Counted from the whole stretch's first letter, positions 13,606-26,272 are shown. The stretch is 60,138 nucleotides of DNA, filler included, from Leucoraja ocellata (GCA_036785375.1; 2 parts of 2 records of this genome joined end to end with filler, not necessarily neighbours in it), one strand, 5' to 3'. Made by a program: numbers and translations. Notes: generated by a model not told the origin, from the sequence alone.

Positions 13606-13645
13606 TATCCCTTGGTTGGAAACCTTTATGCCTTTGGCAAGAAGC
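13606..13645 (+). CDS. Putative exon D of an unidentified gene: YPLVGNLYAFGKK
   Basis: ttctttttcactaaatcag acceptor, C|gtatgt donor, 40 bp, phase 0 to 1, continues the same frame. Confidence 0.5.
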
Positions 13646-14075
13646 GTATGTACGTGACACTTCTTTTAACCTCCTCTAAGCACGACAATCCCACTTTCTT
13701 TAGATTTTTCATGGAAGTGAAGCCTTTCATCTTGATACTATTCTTGTTGTTTAATGCAGTCGAACAGACTTGTGTAGAAGAGATTTGTAAAAACGTAGCA
13801 TATCTTGCTTTTATACTTTTCTTCTGTTCCAAAGGTTCTGTTTTCCGTTTTTAAACTGACTCCTCAACCAACTTGTTCTGCAATTGTTAAAAATTGCCTT
13901 TGTACACCTGCAGCGGTCTCTGTCCCAACATCCCCCATAAAATTGTACCATTTAATTTTCATGGTATTCTAGAGGTGAGAGCTATGTTACTGTTCCTTCT
14001 CCGTTGCTAATGTAGCACATCGTGCAGTGTAGCATTGAATCCACTGATGGGCTGATGTGGATTGCTTGGTTTTAG

Positions 14076-14098
14076 GTACTGGTCATTCCAACCAATGA
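14076..14098 (+). CDS. Possible terminal coding exon of the unidentified gene: RTGHSNQ*
   Basis: ggttttag acceptor and phase-1 compatibility only; short, could be chance. Confidence 0.2.
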
Positions 14099-14429
14099 CA
14101 GGACTCAGACACAAGTCATAGACAACTCTAGACTGTCAATAGAACATTGGACATTAAAAACTACTGTAGAATTGCATGTAAACATGGGTGACAAACTGCA
14201 TTAATATTTCCCATGATTACAAGCATCTGATAATAACACAAAATACTCCTGCCAGCAGTATGCAAAACACTTTTGCTTTAATGAAACTAATAATCCCATT
14301 ACAAATTGCCTAACTTGCAAAGCCTAGATGTTTTTGTGTCACCGTCAGAGTGGTAAATGTGACGTATCCTTCCTGAGTCATTGATTTAAAATGCGTTTAC
14401 AAGTTCAAAAGTCATTTGAGTTTATTTAA

Positions 14430-15025
14430 CCATTCGCCCCATTGAGTCTACTCCGCCATTTAATCATGGCTCATCTATCTTTCCTTCCCGACCCCATTCT
14501 CCTACTTTCTCCCATAACCTTTGACAACCTTCCTAATTAAGAACATGTCAATTTCTGCTTTAAATATACCCAATGACATTGCCTCCACAGCCACATGTGG
14601 CAATGAATTCCACAGATTCACCACTCTCTGACTGAAGAAATTCATCCTTATCTTTCTATAGGTATGTCCTTTTATTGCGAGGCTGTGCCCTGTGGTCCGA
14701 GATGCTCCCACTAGTGGAAACATCCTCTCCACATCCACCCTATCCAGGCCTATCATCATTCTGTAAGTTTCAATGAGGTCCTCTCCCGTCCCTCCAAACT
14801 CGAGTGAGTACAGGTCTCGAGTGGTCAAACGCTCATGCGTTAACCCAATCATCCCCGGGATCATTCTCATAAACCACCTCTGGATGTCGGCACAATTAAC
14901 CCCGCACCACAGATGTAGGCCTAAAAATGCTCACAATACTCCAAATGCAGTCTGACCAGTGCCTTCTAAAGCCGCAGCATTATATCCCTGTTTTTATATT
15001 CTAATTCTCTCGAAATAAATGCTTT
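14430..15025 (-). mobile_element. CR1/HER1-like LINE 3' fragment
   Basis: ORF 14502-14870 contains DLIETYR and FFSQRVVNLWNSLP. Confidence 0.85.
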
Positions 15026-15427
15026 TAGATCACTTGCCATGCTTTGTTTTCTCCCCCTCCCCCCTCTAGACAAGCCTGTCGGACACCTGCTTCACACTTA
15101 TGTTCTGCCTCCACAATCAGCAATTCTGAAAAACTGCAACGATTCCCACCGGATTTTAAAACCTTTTTTCTTGTTAAAAACAGACTTACTTCCAGGAAGA
15201 TGGCTCTTCTCCCTCTGGCTTCAGTTTTTGCATTAGAAATAATCCCAGTGACCCTTTGCTTCCATAGTATTTGATACTCCCACACTCTGGCCAGGGACCC
15301 CATCCACATCTGTGCTTTCTGCGAATTCACTCTCATGAAGTGATCTTGCATCTCCCAAAGTAACTGTTGGTGCAAGTGCATCCAACACTAGATGGATTCG
15401 TTCAAATTACTCAGCATCATATCTGGT

Positions 15428-18170
15428 AAGGTACACAAAAATGCCGAAGAAACTCAGCGGGTGCAGCAGCATCTATGGAGCGAAGGAGATAGGCAATGTT
15501 ACGGGCCGAAACCCTTTTTCAGACTGATAGGGGGATAAGTGGAGGCGGAGAGATGACAGGAAAACGGAGGAGGCGCACGAGAGCTGAGGTAGGAAGGGGA
15601 GGAGACAGCAAGGGTTAACAGAATTGTGAGAATTCAATGTTCATGCCACCAGGATGCAGACTCCCCAAGCGGAATATGAGGTGCTGTTCTTCCAATTTCC
15701 GGTGTTGCTCACTCTGGCCGTGGAGGAGGCCCAGGACAGAGAGGTCGGATACGGAATGGGAGGGGGAGTTGAAGTGCTGAGCCACCGGGATGTCAGGTTG
15801 GTTAGTGCGACCGAGCGGAGGTGTTCGGCGAAACGATCGCCAAGCCTACGCTTGATCTCACCGATATACATCAGCTGACATCTAGAGCAGCGGGTGCAAT
15901 AGATGAGGTTGGAGGAATGAGGCGAGAGGGAAGGGAAGAATTGACAAGGGAATTGCGGAGGGATCGTTCTTTGCAGAAGGCAGACGGGGAGAGATGTGGC
16001 GAGTGATGGGGTCACGTTGGAGGTGGAAAAACTGATGGAGGACTATTTGTTGTATGTGCCGGCTAGTGGGGTGAAAGGTGAGGACCAGGGGGGCTCTGCC
16101 CTTGTGACGAGTGGGGGGATGGGGAGAGAGAGCAGTGTTCCGGGGTATGGAGGAGACCCTGCTGCGAGCCTCATCTATAGTAGGGGTGGGGAAGCCCGTT
16201 CTCTGAAGAATGAGGACATTTGCGATGCCCTGGTGTGGAACACCTCATCCTGGGAGCAGATGCGGCATAGACGGAGGAATTGGGAATAGGGGATGGAGTC
16301 CTTACAGTGGGTTTATAGTGGATGTCGGTCAGAAGTCTATCACCTGCGATGGAGATAGTGAGGTCAAGGAATGGTTGGGCAGTGTCACAAATGGTTCAGG
16401 TGTATTTGAGTGCCGGATGGAAGTTAGTGGTGAAGTGGATAAAGTCAGTCAGTTGTGTGCGGGTGCAGGAGGTGGCACCAAACAGTCGTCAATGCAACGG
16501 AGGTAGAGGTCGGGGATGGGGCCATGGTACATATTGAACAAGGATTGTTCGACGCACCCGACAAAGAGGCAGGCGTAGCTGGGTCCCATGCGCGTGCCCA
16601 TAGCTACGCCTTGTGTTTGGAGGAAATGGGAGTAGTTAAATGTGAAGTTATTGAGGGTGAGGACCAACTCCTCTAGGCGGAAGAGAGTATCAGTGGCTGG
16701 GTATAGGTTGCATCTCCGGTCGAGGATAAACCGGAGGGCTATGAGACCATCCTGGTGGGGGAAGGAGGTGTAGAGTGACTGGACGTCCATGGTGAAGATG
16801 AGAGGATGTGGGCCTAGAGAATGGAATGCGCGGAGACGACGGAGAGTGTCTGAGGGGCACGAACAGGCAGAGACAATGGGCCTGCCAAGACAGTCAGGTT
16901 TGTGGATTTTGGGGTGAAGGTAAAATCGGGCCTTGCGGGTCTGGGAAACGATGAGGTTGGAGGCTCGGTCGGGCAGGGCGTCGTAGTTGATGAAGTTGGT
17001 GATGGTGCTAGAGATAGTGGCCTGGTGCTCGTCAGTGGGGTCATGGTCCAGGGGTAAGTAGGAGGAGGTGTCCGAGAGTTGGCACGTGGCCTCGGCTTTG
17101 TAGAGATCGACGCGCCAGACTACCACGGCACCTCCCTTGTCGGCTGGTTTGATAACCCAGTCTGGGTTGTTGCGGGGTGAGTCGATGTCGCGACGGCAGT
17201 TTTGGATAAAAAGTTCTAAAGCCGGAGGGTCACGATGGGGGGTCCACGAGGAGGGGGTTCGTTGGAGACGGGAAAAGGGTTCATGAATAGGGAGCGAGGA
17301 CTCCTTCCCGTGGAATAACGCTGTGATGCGGAGGCGACGGTAGAAGAGCTCCAAGTCGTGGTGGGCGCGGAACTCATTGAGGTGGGGACGGAGGGGAACA
17401 AAGTTAACGCCTCTGCTGAGGACAGACCGTTCGGTGTCGGAGAGGGGGAGGTCGGGGGGGGGGTGGTGAACACACGGCAGGGATGGGGGTTGGGGCCGGA
17501 GGAAGGCTGGTGAGTGGACTGAGGACAAGGCGATGTGTGGTGGGGGTATGGAATGGTCAGGGGGTGGGCGTATGAGGGCTGTAGTGTGGGTAGGGAAGAC
17601 CAGGGATCAAATAGTTTGAGGGGGACGGGGAAGACCCAGTGGAACAGCCACTGTGGTTACCAGGGTTGGGCAGATTAGCACTAGGACCCAGTGCAGTTAA
17701 ACCCAGAAGAGTGGGAATCAGCATCGTGGCGGCTTCAGGCCCAGTGCAGAGTCCAGTTTGCAGGTAAGGCGACGGCTGTGGGCTTCTGGAGGGAGGTGGA
17801 GTGGCGAGGGTCGGCGGACCCGATGGTAGGAGTCCGTGGGCAGTGGAGTGCGATGTGTGGGAGTTCCCAGTGGGCAGATGGGGCGGCGCGATTCGGCCAA
17901 CCCGGTGAGGTGACGAGGTGAGTAGGGTGCGGTGCTGCGGCCATGTTCGGGGAGCCCCGGGTCCGGCGGCCATGTTCAGTTGGTCCGGTCCGGCGGGCAT
18001 CTTAGGTAGGCCCGGTTCGACGGCAATGCTGGATGGGCCCGGTGGGGAAGTGATATTAGGCGGGCCCGGTGCGACGGCAATGCTGGATTGGTCGGGTGCG
18101 GTTGTGGTATTTGGCGATGGTCTGCATCACAGTGTCCCCAGGGAGGTGGCTCTAGAAATAGTGGACGCAT
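15428..18170 (-). mobile_element. Penelope-like element (Neptune type), degenerate: RT + GIY-YIG endonuclease + 3' pLTR
   Basis: IKPADKGGAVVV, GRPIVS, MDVQSLYT, GVAMGTRMGPSYA and YLRCIDD (ORF 16449-17528); NLIYCTRCSRCQLMYIGEIKRRLGDRFAEH (ORF 15641-16015); the 3' end (15428-15620) matches the short repeats scattered through the window. Confidence 0.92.
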
Positions 18171-18171
18171 T

Positions 18172-21100
18172 GTTTCTTGTTCTTGGTTCTTGGTTTCTTG
18201 GTCCTCCTAAATATTCCAACTGGAATTTAAAGTGGAGGTGGTGAAGGGAGGGATTAAACCAGAAAGGGTTATTGGGAAGAAAGAGCTACTTTAAATTTAG
18301 TTGCATCTGGTTGGGTAACTATAGTTGGGTGGAGATTATTCCATGCTTTAATTGTGCGTGGGAAGAACGAATTGCTGCACGCATCTGTCTTTGTAGCTGG
18401 GTTCACAAATTGGATCGAATGCCCTCATCTGCACCTAATTGGTTTGGGTTTGGTGTAGGTCTTGTAGTCTATGTCGAGCTGACCATTTAACATTTTGTAA
18501 AAACAGGTCAAACGGTGAGCTTCACGTCTGGCTTGGAGAGGGTTCCACCCCAGAGAATTCAGAAGTTTGGTGACAGTCGTTTCTCTCTCACAGGTGTTAG
18601 TAACAAATCGAGCTGCCTGTCTTTGGACACGTTCGATGGATGAAATGTTTTTATTTGTGTATGGGTCCCATGCTGCAACTGCAGTCTAAATGAGGTCTAA
18701 CGAGGGTAAAATATAGCTTCTCCTTGATAGAAGTTGAACAATGATGAAAGTTGAGCCTCAGGAAGTTTAGGACACCTGTTGCGTTCACCGTTGCATGATG
18801 AGTCTGACCATTCCAACGCCGATCATTCTGCAATTTGATGCCAAGATACTTGGTTTGTTTGGATTCTTCAAGGATGGCACCAAGTATATTGTAAGATGTT
18901 TCGCCTGGATTCCTCTTTCTGGTGACACGCATGGTTTCACATTTGGAAGGGTTGAACTGCATGCCCCATTGTTGTGACCACTCAACCATAGTATCGAGAT
19001 CCTTTTGGAGAGCATCTTCATCATCAGCTGACTTAATTGGACGGTACAGCAAACAATCATCACCGAATAGTCTGGTCGTACTTGCGACTTTTTCATGGAT
19101 GTCATTTATGTAAAGCAAAAATAGGTGTGAGTCAAATACTGTGCCCTGAGGTGTACAACTCAACACTAGATGCCAATTGGAGCTATTTCCGTTCACACAC
19201 ACACGCCGAAGACGTTTTGTCAGGAAACTGGAAATCCATCGTTTCGTGTTGGAACGAATACAATAGAAGTCAAGCTTCCGAAGCAGTCTCTGGTGTGGAA
19301 TGACATCAAATGCTTTAGAATAGTCCAGCACAACTAAATCCATGATGACGTTACTATCAAGAGTCAGGTCATTTGTCGTCAGGATAAGCTGAGACTCGCA
19401 TGATCTATGCCTCCTAAATGCATGTTGGTTGTCGGCAAGAATGTTATGTTTGCTCACGTGTCGAATCGGATTACTATCAATGATATGCTCCAGCAGCAAG
19501 TACTTGTTAATGAAACAGGACGATAATTCGCTGGGTTGGTGGTTGAACCCTTCTTAAAGAGAGGAGTGATGTTGTCCTTCCTCCAATCCAGCGGAACATC
19601 ACTCGATTCAAGCGATTGTTGAAAAATGAACTGCAAAGCTGGAGCCAGTTCTTCGGCTGCGATCTTGAGGGCTTGATGCTGTATCTGATCTGGTCCAATT
19701 GCTTTTGTGGTATTGATGTTGAGCAATAACTTCTTGACACCTTCAACCTCAATTTTAATAGCAGGCATATCAGCATACGGGCTGGGCGGTAGGACTGGGA
19801 ATGATGAAGGCTCCACATCTCCCCGGGTGAAAACGTGTTGAAATTAGTTTCCAAGAGCTTCTGTTTTCGCCTGGTCCTCAGTGATCAGACAGTTGTTCAC
19901 TTTAAGCATCTGGACACCAGTGTTGTCTGTCCGTCTATATTTCACATATCTCCAAAAAGCCTTGGGTTGCTCTCCCCCAAGAATAGAAGACACATGTTGT
20001 CTTTGAGCGCTCCAAATAGCACGATCAACTTGCTTTCCCTCTCTAGTAATCTGAACAGATTTTTCAACAGATTTGACTGCCCAACACAATCTCAGCCTCC
20101 CCCACCTGGTCTGCTGACCGTTGATGCTTCCTCACCATCTCCCCTCCCTCTCTCCAATACTCCTGAGATGTCATCTGCACGGGGTCCCCCCTTCCCACCT
20201 ACTACTACACCACCAGCCCTACCTATGACTCTTCATACTGCGCAGGTCAAGATGATGCTGGACAGACTGAAGCCAGGGAAAGCAGTGGGGCCCGATGACA
20301 TCAGCCCAAGGCTACTGAAGACTTGCTCCTCAGAGCTGTGTGGTATTCTAACACACCTGTTCAACCTGAGCTTTCGTCTACAGAAGGTCCCAAGGCTGTG
20401 GAAAACATCGTGCCTGGTACCTGTCCCAAAGAAGACCTATCCCACTCACCACAATGACTACAGACCAGTAGCGCTCACTTCACATATTATGAAGACATTT
20501 GAGAGACTTGTCCTCTCCTACCTCAGGACTAGTGTGTCAACTCAAATGGATCCTTTACAGTTTGCATATCAGCCCAACATCAGTGTCGATGATGCCCTTA
20601 TTTACATGCTGCAGAGGGCGTATACACATCTGGACATCCCTGATGCATCTGTAAGAATTACAGTCTTTGACTTCTCTAGCGCTTTTAACACAATTCAGCC
20701 TCGACTGCTAGGGGAGAAGATGGAGAAGATGAAGGTGGATCCATTAATGGTACTGTGGTGTTTGGATTACCTTTTCCTCAGACCACAGTATGTGCGCCTA
20801 CAGGACAATGTCTCAAGCACCATCGTGAGCAGCACAGGGGCTCCACAAGGAACTGTGCTGGCTCAATTCCTGTTTACCATCTACACAGCGGATTGTCAAT
20901 ATAACACCAACAGCTGCTTTTTGCAGAAATTTTCAGATGACACAGCTGTTGTAGGCCTCATCAAAGGGGGCAATGAGGAGGAGTATAGAGACACAATTAA
21001 CAACTTTGTGGAGTGGAGTGCACACAATAATCTCCATCTCAACACCAAAAAAACGAAGGAGATAGTTGTGGATTTCAGGAGGGGGAGGAGGAGGACTCAA

Positions 21101-22196
21101 CCAACACCAATCACCATCAGGGGCACTGAGGTGGAGGTGGTCGCCAACCACAGGTACCTTGGTGTGCAGCTTGACAGTGAGCTGGACTGGAAGAGTCATA
21201 TGGAGGCGGTGTACAGGAAGGGACCAAGTAGACTGTATTTTTTAAGGAGGCTAAAGTCATTTAATATCTGTCAACCCCTACTGTGCAGTGTCTACCATTC
21301 AGTGGTGGCCAGTGCTCTGTTTTTTGCTGTGGCCTATTGGGGAGAAGGCGCCCGAATAGCGGACAAAAACAGACTGGATAAGCTGATCAGGAAGGTCGGC
21401 TCAGTGGTTGGGGCAGAGCAACTAACGGTCAAGCAGGTGGCAGAGGCCAGAACTCTGAAAAAACTAGGCTCAATAATGACCAACCCCGCTCACCCACTCC
21501 ACGCCCTGAAGGTGATCAAGTGCAGCATCTTCAGTCAGAGACTGATTGCACCAATGTGCAAAACGGAGAGACATAGGAAGTCTTGTATACCAGCTGCTAT
21601 AAGGTTTTATAATGCACAAACATTTTAACATTATGTATTGAAGATATCTGTTGAAATGTGTGGTGTTATGTCGGTCTTGAAGCTGTTGTGGCACTGTAAT
21701 TTCCTGTAAAGGATTATTAAAGGTTATTAAATAAAATAAAATAAATTAAATAAAAAAATTAAATTAAATTAAAAATAGTAAAGTTGTCCCAGTCCAGTTT
21801 TGTACCCCTTTTATTGGCGCGGATATAAAACTTATCTTTCTTACTGCAGAGACGTTTCAGTTTTGCAGAAAACCAAGGAGGACGCACACGGCCCTTATTT
21901 AGTATTTGAGGAACATGATTTGTAACAATATTATTGAAGGAGTTTCTCGGCCACACCCAGTTGTCATTTACGGATCTTTTATCTGGTTGCAGTTTGAAGA
22001 AATCTTTTCCCAGTTTTTTTGCTAAGACTTTAAATTCCTCGCTGTTCACATTTTTCCCCAGAGGGAAATTTTACGCGGTGGGTTTGAAGGAACTTTAAGC
22101 TTTAAGTGCAGTTTTGTTTGGATAATATAAGGATCGCTAATTCCAGCACACGATGAAACTTCCGAAATTAAATCTGGGTGTGAAGTGAACAGGAAA
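18172..22196 (-). mobile_element. CR1-clade LINE of invertebrate-like type, degenerate, split by a Rex1 insertion
   Basis: Endonuclease C-terminus (FTSHPDLI..GISD, about 22120-22196), PWFS, KAFWRYVK, KAIGPDQI, NYRPVSLTS, LDYSKAFD, RLFGDDCLLYRPI, SFFPRTIKAWNNL; (CCAAGAA)n-like tail at 18172-18201. Confidence 0.8.
20050..21775 (+). mobile_element. Rex1/Babar-clade LINE, 5'-truncated, uninterrupted RT ORF, 6-bp TSD TAGTAA
   Basis: NDYRPVALTSHIMKTFERLV, DPLQFAY, FDFSSAFNTIQP, GAPQGTVL and KFSDDTAVVGLI; stop-free to 21628; (TAAAA/TTAAA)n tail; TAGTAA at 20044-20049 and 21776-21781. Confidence 0.92.
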
Positions 22197-22199
22197 CCC

Positions 22200-23040
22200 T
22201 TGACTGATGAGGGCAGCGGAGTGAATGCAGGTGTAACATGATTACATCAGGGAGGAATGTGGAGAGTCTCAACTATCTGGAGACGCGGCAGGTGTGACGG
22301 GAGCCCCCCCCCCACCCCCTCCCCCCCCCCCCCCCCCTTCTCACACGGACACCTCCTGGCCGTTGTTGCTGTTGATGAAAACCACGGATGAGGGAAGGGT
22401 CCAGGATGTCACGGGCAGGGATCCAGCTCCTCTCCTCTGGTCCGTTGCCCTCCCAGTCAATCAGGTAGTGGACCCTCTGCCACGCCGCCGGGACATCAGC
22501 AGCCGCTTCACCATGTACACGGGACCACCGTCAATGATGCGGGCTGGCGGAGGTAGCACAGGAGCGGGACACAGGGAGCTGGAAGATTCACGCTTAACCC
22601 GGGATACATGGAGGTGGGATGAATACACATAGACCGGGGCAGTCTAAGGCGGACAGCAGAGCGGTTGATGACTCTTTAGAACAATGAATGGACCAATAAA
22701 CCGGGCGCCAACTTACTGGACTCAACGCGGAGGACGAGGTCTCGGGTGGACAGGCAGACCCTCTGCCCAGGGCGGTAGCGAGGGACAGGGGTCCGGTGAT
22801 GATCCGCCCGCCGTCTATACCTGGAAGCGGTGCGGAGCAGAACAGAACGGGCCTCCCTCCAGGTCTGACGACCGCGGCGCACAAACCGCTGGGCAGAGGG
22901 AACGGAGACCTTCTTCTCTTGGTCTGGGAACAGAGGTGGCTGGTAACCTCGGGAGTGTGATGGAGCCAGACCGGTGGCAGAACCGGGCCCGGAATTGTGG
23001 ACATATTCAATCCACACCAATTTAATGAATCAGGAGGTAG
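22200..23040 (-). mobile_element. Ty3/Gypsy chromovirus (sushi-like) fragment: integrase C-terminus, chromodomain, PPT and LTR remnant
   Basis: GYQPPLFP...RRRADHHR...[14 protein letters not shown]...KLAP (ORF 22676-23020). Reverse reading gives a frameshifted chromodomain ([23 protein letters not shown]). G-rich tract followed by GTCAC at about 22295. Confidence 0.75.
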
Positions 23041-23127
23041 GATTGGCGGACACCAGGCAACGTAGAGAGGTCTCTGGGTTCTGGTTGTCTGTCTCCGGCT
23101 GGACATTAGATTGTGGAGAGAACATAC

Positions 23128-23585
23128 ACATAGAAACATAGAAAATAGGTACAGGAGTAGGCCATTCGAGCCTGCACCGCCATTCAATATGATCATGTTT
23201 GATCATCCAACTCAGTATCCCATCCCTGCCTTCTCTCCATACCCCCTCATCCCATTAGCCACAAGGGCCACATCTAACTTCCTCTTAAATATAGCAAATT
23301 AACTGGCCTCCACTACCTTCTGTGGCAGAGAATTCCACAGATTCAACACTCTCAGTGTAAAAAATGATTTTCTCATCTCGGTTCTAAAAAACTTCCCTCT
23401 TATCCTTAAACTGTGATCACTAGTTCTGAACTTCCCCAACATCGGGAACAATCTTCCTGCATCTAGCCTGTCCAACCCCTTAAGAATGTTGTAAGTTTCT
23501 ATAAGATCCCCCTCAATCTTCTAAATTCTAGTGAATAGAAGCCGAGTCTATCCAGTCTTTCTTCATATGAAAGTCCTGCCAATCC
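23128..23585 (-). mobile_element. CR1/HER1-like LINE 3' fragment
   Basis: LSYEERLDRLG.YSLEFRRLRG motif; (ACATAGAA)n tail. Confidence 0.88.
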
Positions 23586-24228
23586 AGAGGAGAGGCTGAC
23601 GGAGGTGCCAAATAGGGAGCAGAAAGCTTTCCAGATACAAGACCGAAGATAGACACAAAATGCTGGAGTAACTGATCCGTTCAAGCAGCGTCTGTGGAGA
23701 GAAGGAATGACGGTCGCTTCGGGTCGACACCGTCTGAAGAAGAGTCTCGACCCGAAACATCACCCATTCCTTCTCTCCAGAGATGCTGCGTGTCCCGCTA
23801 AGTTAAGGGTCTGTCCCACGAGCATGCGACTGCATGCGGCTTGCGCGACCTAACGTGGTCGCTTGAGCCGTACGACGTCGCGGGGCCGGTCCAACTTCGG
23901 TCACCGAAGCCGTAAGGAATTGTGCGGAGCTGGTCCCGTCATTGGAAACACTGAGACTGTCCAAAAACCCCGCGCGCGAACGGCCTGCCGGCCCGCAGCG
24001 TCTTGACGGCGTACGCCTAGCACGTGGCGTTGCGTGATGACGTAACGCTCGACGCCGTGGGACGTCCAAATCCAGTCGGCCCGCCTCCTGCCCAGCTGAT
24101 TGGTGATTATGACGTCCAGACGGATCCGCGGTTGTAAGTGGGGCCGGCCCCGCGAGGATGTCCCGGCACCTTCGCCACACCCTCCCCCGGCGTGTCCACA
24201 CTACCCCCCTCCCCATGGCCGTGATCCC

Positions 24229-24445
24229 TCAGCCCCCAATCGCCGTGACCCTCACTCTCCCAACGTCCATGACCCCCCACCCCCCAATCACAGAGACCCC
24301 CCCATCCCCAATCCCAGTAACCCCCCACCCCCCAATCCCAGTGTCCCCATGCACCCCCCCCCCCAATCCCAGTGACCTCCACCCCTCAATCCCCGCGAAC
24401 ATCCCCCCCACCCCAATCCCAGTGACCCCCATCCTTCAATCCCTG
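24229..24445. repeat. C-rich minisatellite (CCCCAATCCCAGTGACCCC-like unit)
   Basis: Repeated CCCCAATC core at about 22-25 bp spacing. Confidence 0.8.
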
Positions 24446-24484
24446 TGAACTCGCCCCCAGAACCACAAGCAGCCACGGACAAAC

Positions 24485-24923
24485 AGCTGGAGAACACTGG
24501 ATTTTATTGAACATTTATGTGGCGACAGTGAAGCAGAACACGCCCCCCAGCAAAGAATCACATTCCCTGATCATCCCCCAGCAAAGAATCACATTCCCTG
24601 ATTCCCCCAACCCCCCAGCAAAGAATCACATTCCCTGATTCCCCCCCCAGCAAAGAATCACATTCCCTGATCACCCCCCCCAGCAAAGAATCACATTCCC
24701 TGACCCCCCCCCCCCCCCCCCCCCCCCCCACCGCCGCCCACAGTCCACAGGTGGATGTGATGTCACAACGCCAGGAACCCCCCCACGCCGTCTCCGGGCC
24801 TCGGGTCAACCAGCGCTGCAACGCTCCAGCTGTGATTCATTCCCACCAGATGTTGATCAGGACTGTTCCCCCCTGAACCCCGTCATTGCAGGAACATTAC
24901 GGGCAGCACGGCACACGGCGGCC
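24485..24923 (-). other. Putative 3'UTR exon of the MHC class I gene, AATAAA at 24503-24508 (- strand)
   Basis: Strong (CT)-rich acceptor ending ccccag at 24924-24929; a donor directly follows the stop in the previous exon; poly(A) hexamer downstream. The 3' end is approximate. Confidence 0.6.
24543..24705. repeat. VNTR, 5 copies of CCCCAGCAAAGAATCACATTCCCTGA, inside the putative MHC class I 3'UTR
   Basis: Five near-identical cores separated by variable C-runs. Confidence 0.92.
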
Positions 24924-25577
24924 CTGGGGGAGACAGACAGACAGAGACAGAGAGAGCGAGAGTTGGTTACAGAGCGACACAAGCCCACCCGTGTAGCAGT
25001 AGTACTGACCCCCCGCCCCCTGCCGGCAATACACTACCCCAGCACCACAGGACAGTACAGCAAAACAACTGGCCCTTCGGCCCACACTGTCTGTGCCGAC
25101 CATGCTGCCGACACCAACCATCTGTCTGCGCGTCACCCTCGCCCCCCCCCGCGCCCCGCATGTCCACGTGTCTACCCACAAGTCTCTTTAATGTCACTGT
25201 CGTGTCTGTGTCGCGCCCCCTCCCCCGTCCCCTCAATTATCAGCAATAAAACCAACCCCCCCTCCCCGGGAATAATTGCCCCCGCGGGAATACCCACCCC
25301 TCCCCCCACTGAATATGATACCCCCCCCCAACACACACACACCGCTGTCATAACACCCCCCCCCCCCCCCACCACCACATACACACACACGGTAGCCCCT
25401 CCCCTCGCAACGGGGCATTAAACCCACATCTCCCCCGCCAGGAATTACCCCCTCCCCCCTGTTCCCCGGTGATAAACCTCCCCCCCCCCCCCACCGGGAA
25501 TGATACCCACTGCCCCCCTCCCTCCAGCAGAATAAACGCCACCCCCACAGGGTTTGCGGGGGGTCCCAGTTCCTACC

Positions 25578-25624
25578 TCAGGCTGGAGCAGAGGAGTTTG
25601 ATGAGTTTTCCCCGCGCTCCGAGG
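25578..25624 (-). CDS. MHC class I cytoplasmic exon 2 with stop: TSERGENSSNSSAPA*
   Basis: ctccttccctccgcag acceptor. Ser-rich tail resembling shark class I C-termini (recalled pattern SSNSSAxA). TGA at 25578-25580 is followed 1 nt later by a gtagga donor. Confidence 0.85.
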
Positions 25625-25774
25625 CTGCGGAGGGAAGGAGCGACGTTACACGTCAACTGGCGACACCGTGGGTGCAGTGAGGCGCGGACAGACGGACACG
25701 CGCACACACACGAGCACGGGGACACAGGGACTCGCACGGACACGTACACGTGGCGGGATCGCGCACAGACGGTC

Positions 25775-26272
25775 ACAGCCATAGAGGGAGTGCAGAGAAG
25801 GTTCACCAGACTGATTCCTGGGATGCCAAGACTGTCTTATGAAGAAAGACTGGATAGACTTGGTTTATACTCTCTAGAATTTAGGAGATTGAGAGGGGAT
25901 CTTATAGAAACTTACAAAATTCTTAAGGGGTTAGACAGGCTAGATGCAGGAAGAATGTTCCCGGTGTTGGGGAAGTCCAGGACAAGGTGTCACAGCTTAA
26001 GGATAAGGGGGAAATCCTTTAAAACCGAGATGAGGATAATTTTTTTCACACAGAGAGTGGTGAATCTCTGAGGGTAGTTGAGGCCAGTTCATTGGCTATA
26101 TTTAAGAGGGAGTTAGATGTGGTCCTTGTGGCCAAGGGGATCAGAGGGTATGGAGAGAAGGCAGGTACGGGATACTGAGTTGGATGATCAGCCATGATCA
26201 TATTGAATGGCGGTGCAGGCTCGAAGGGCCGAATTGCCTACTCCTGCACCTAATTTCTATGTTTCTATGTTT
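25775..26272 (+). mobile_element. CR1/HER1-like LINE 3' fragment in an MHC class I intron
   Basis: AIEGVQRRFTRLIPG...GDLIETYKILKG...FFTQRVVNL; (TTTCTATG)n tail; splits a CA/CG-rich simple repeat (25690-25775 and 26275-26500). Confidence 0.9.

Noticed and set aside
19835-21628. 597-aa ORF as a host gene or complete retroelement protein
   Set aside because: It is a 5'-truncated Rex1 RT. Its first 70 or so codons are antisense host-LINE sequence read through the insertion junction.
24543-24705. CRISPR-like array (constant repeat with variable spacers)
   Set aside because: Spacers are only short C-runs; vertebrate context with no cas genes. The same applies to the array at 29636-29975.
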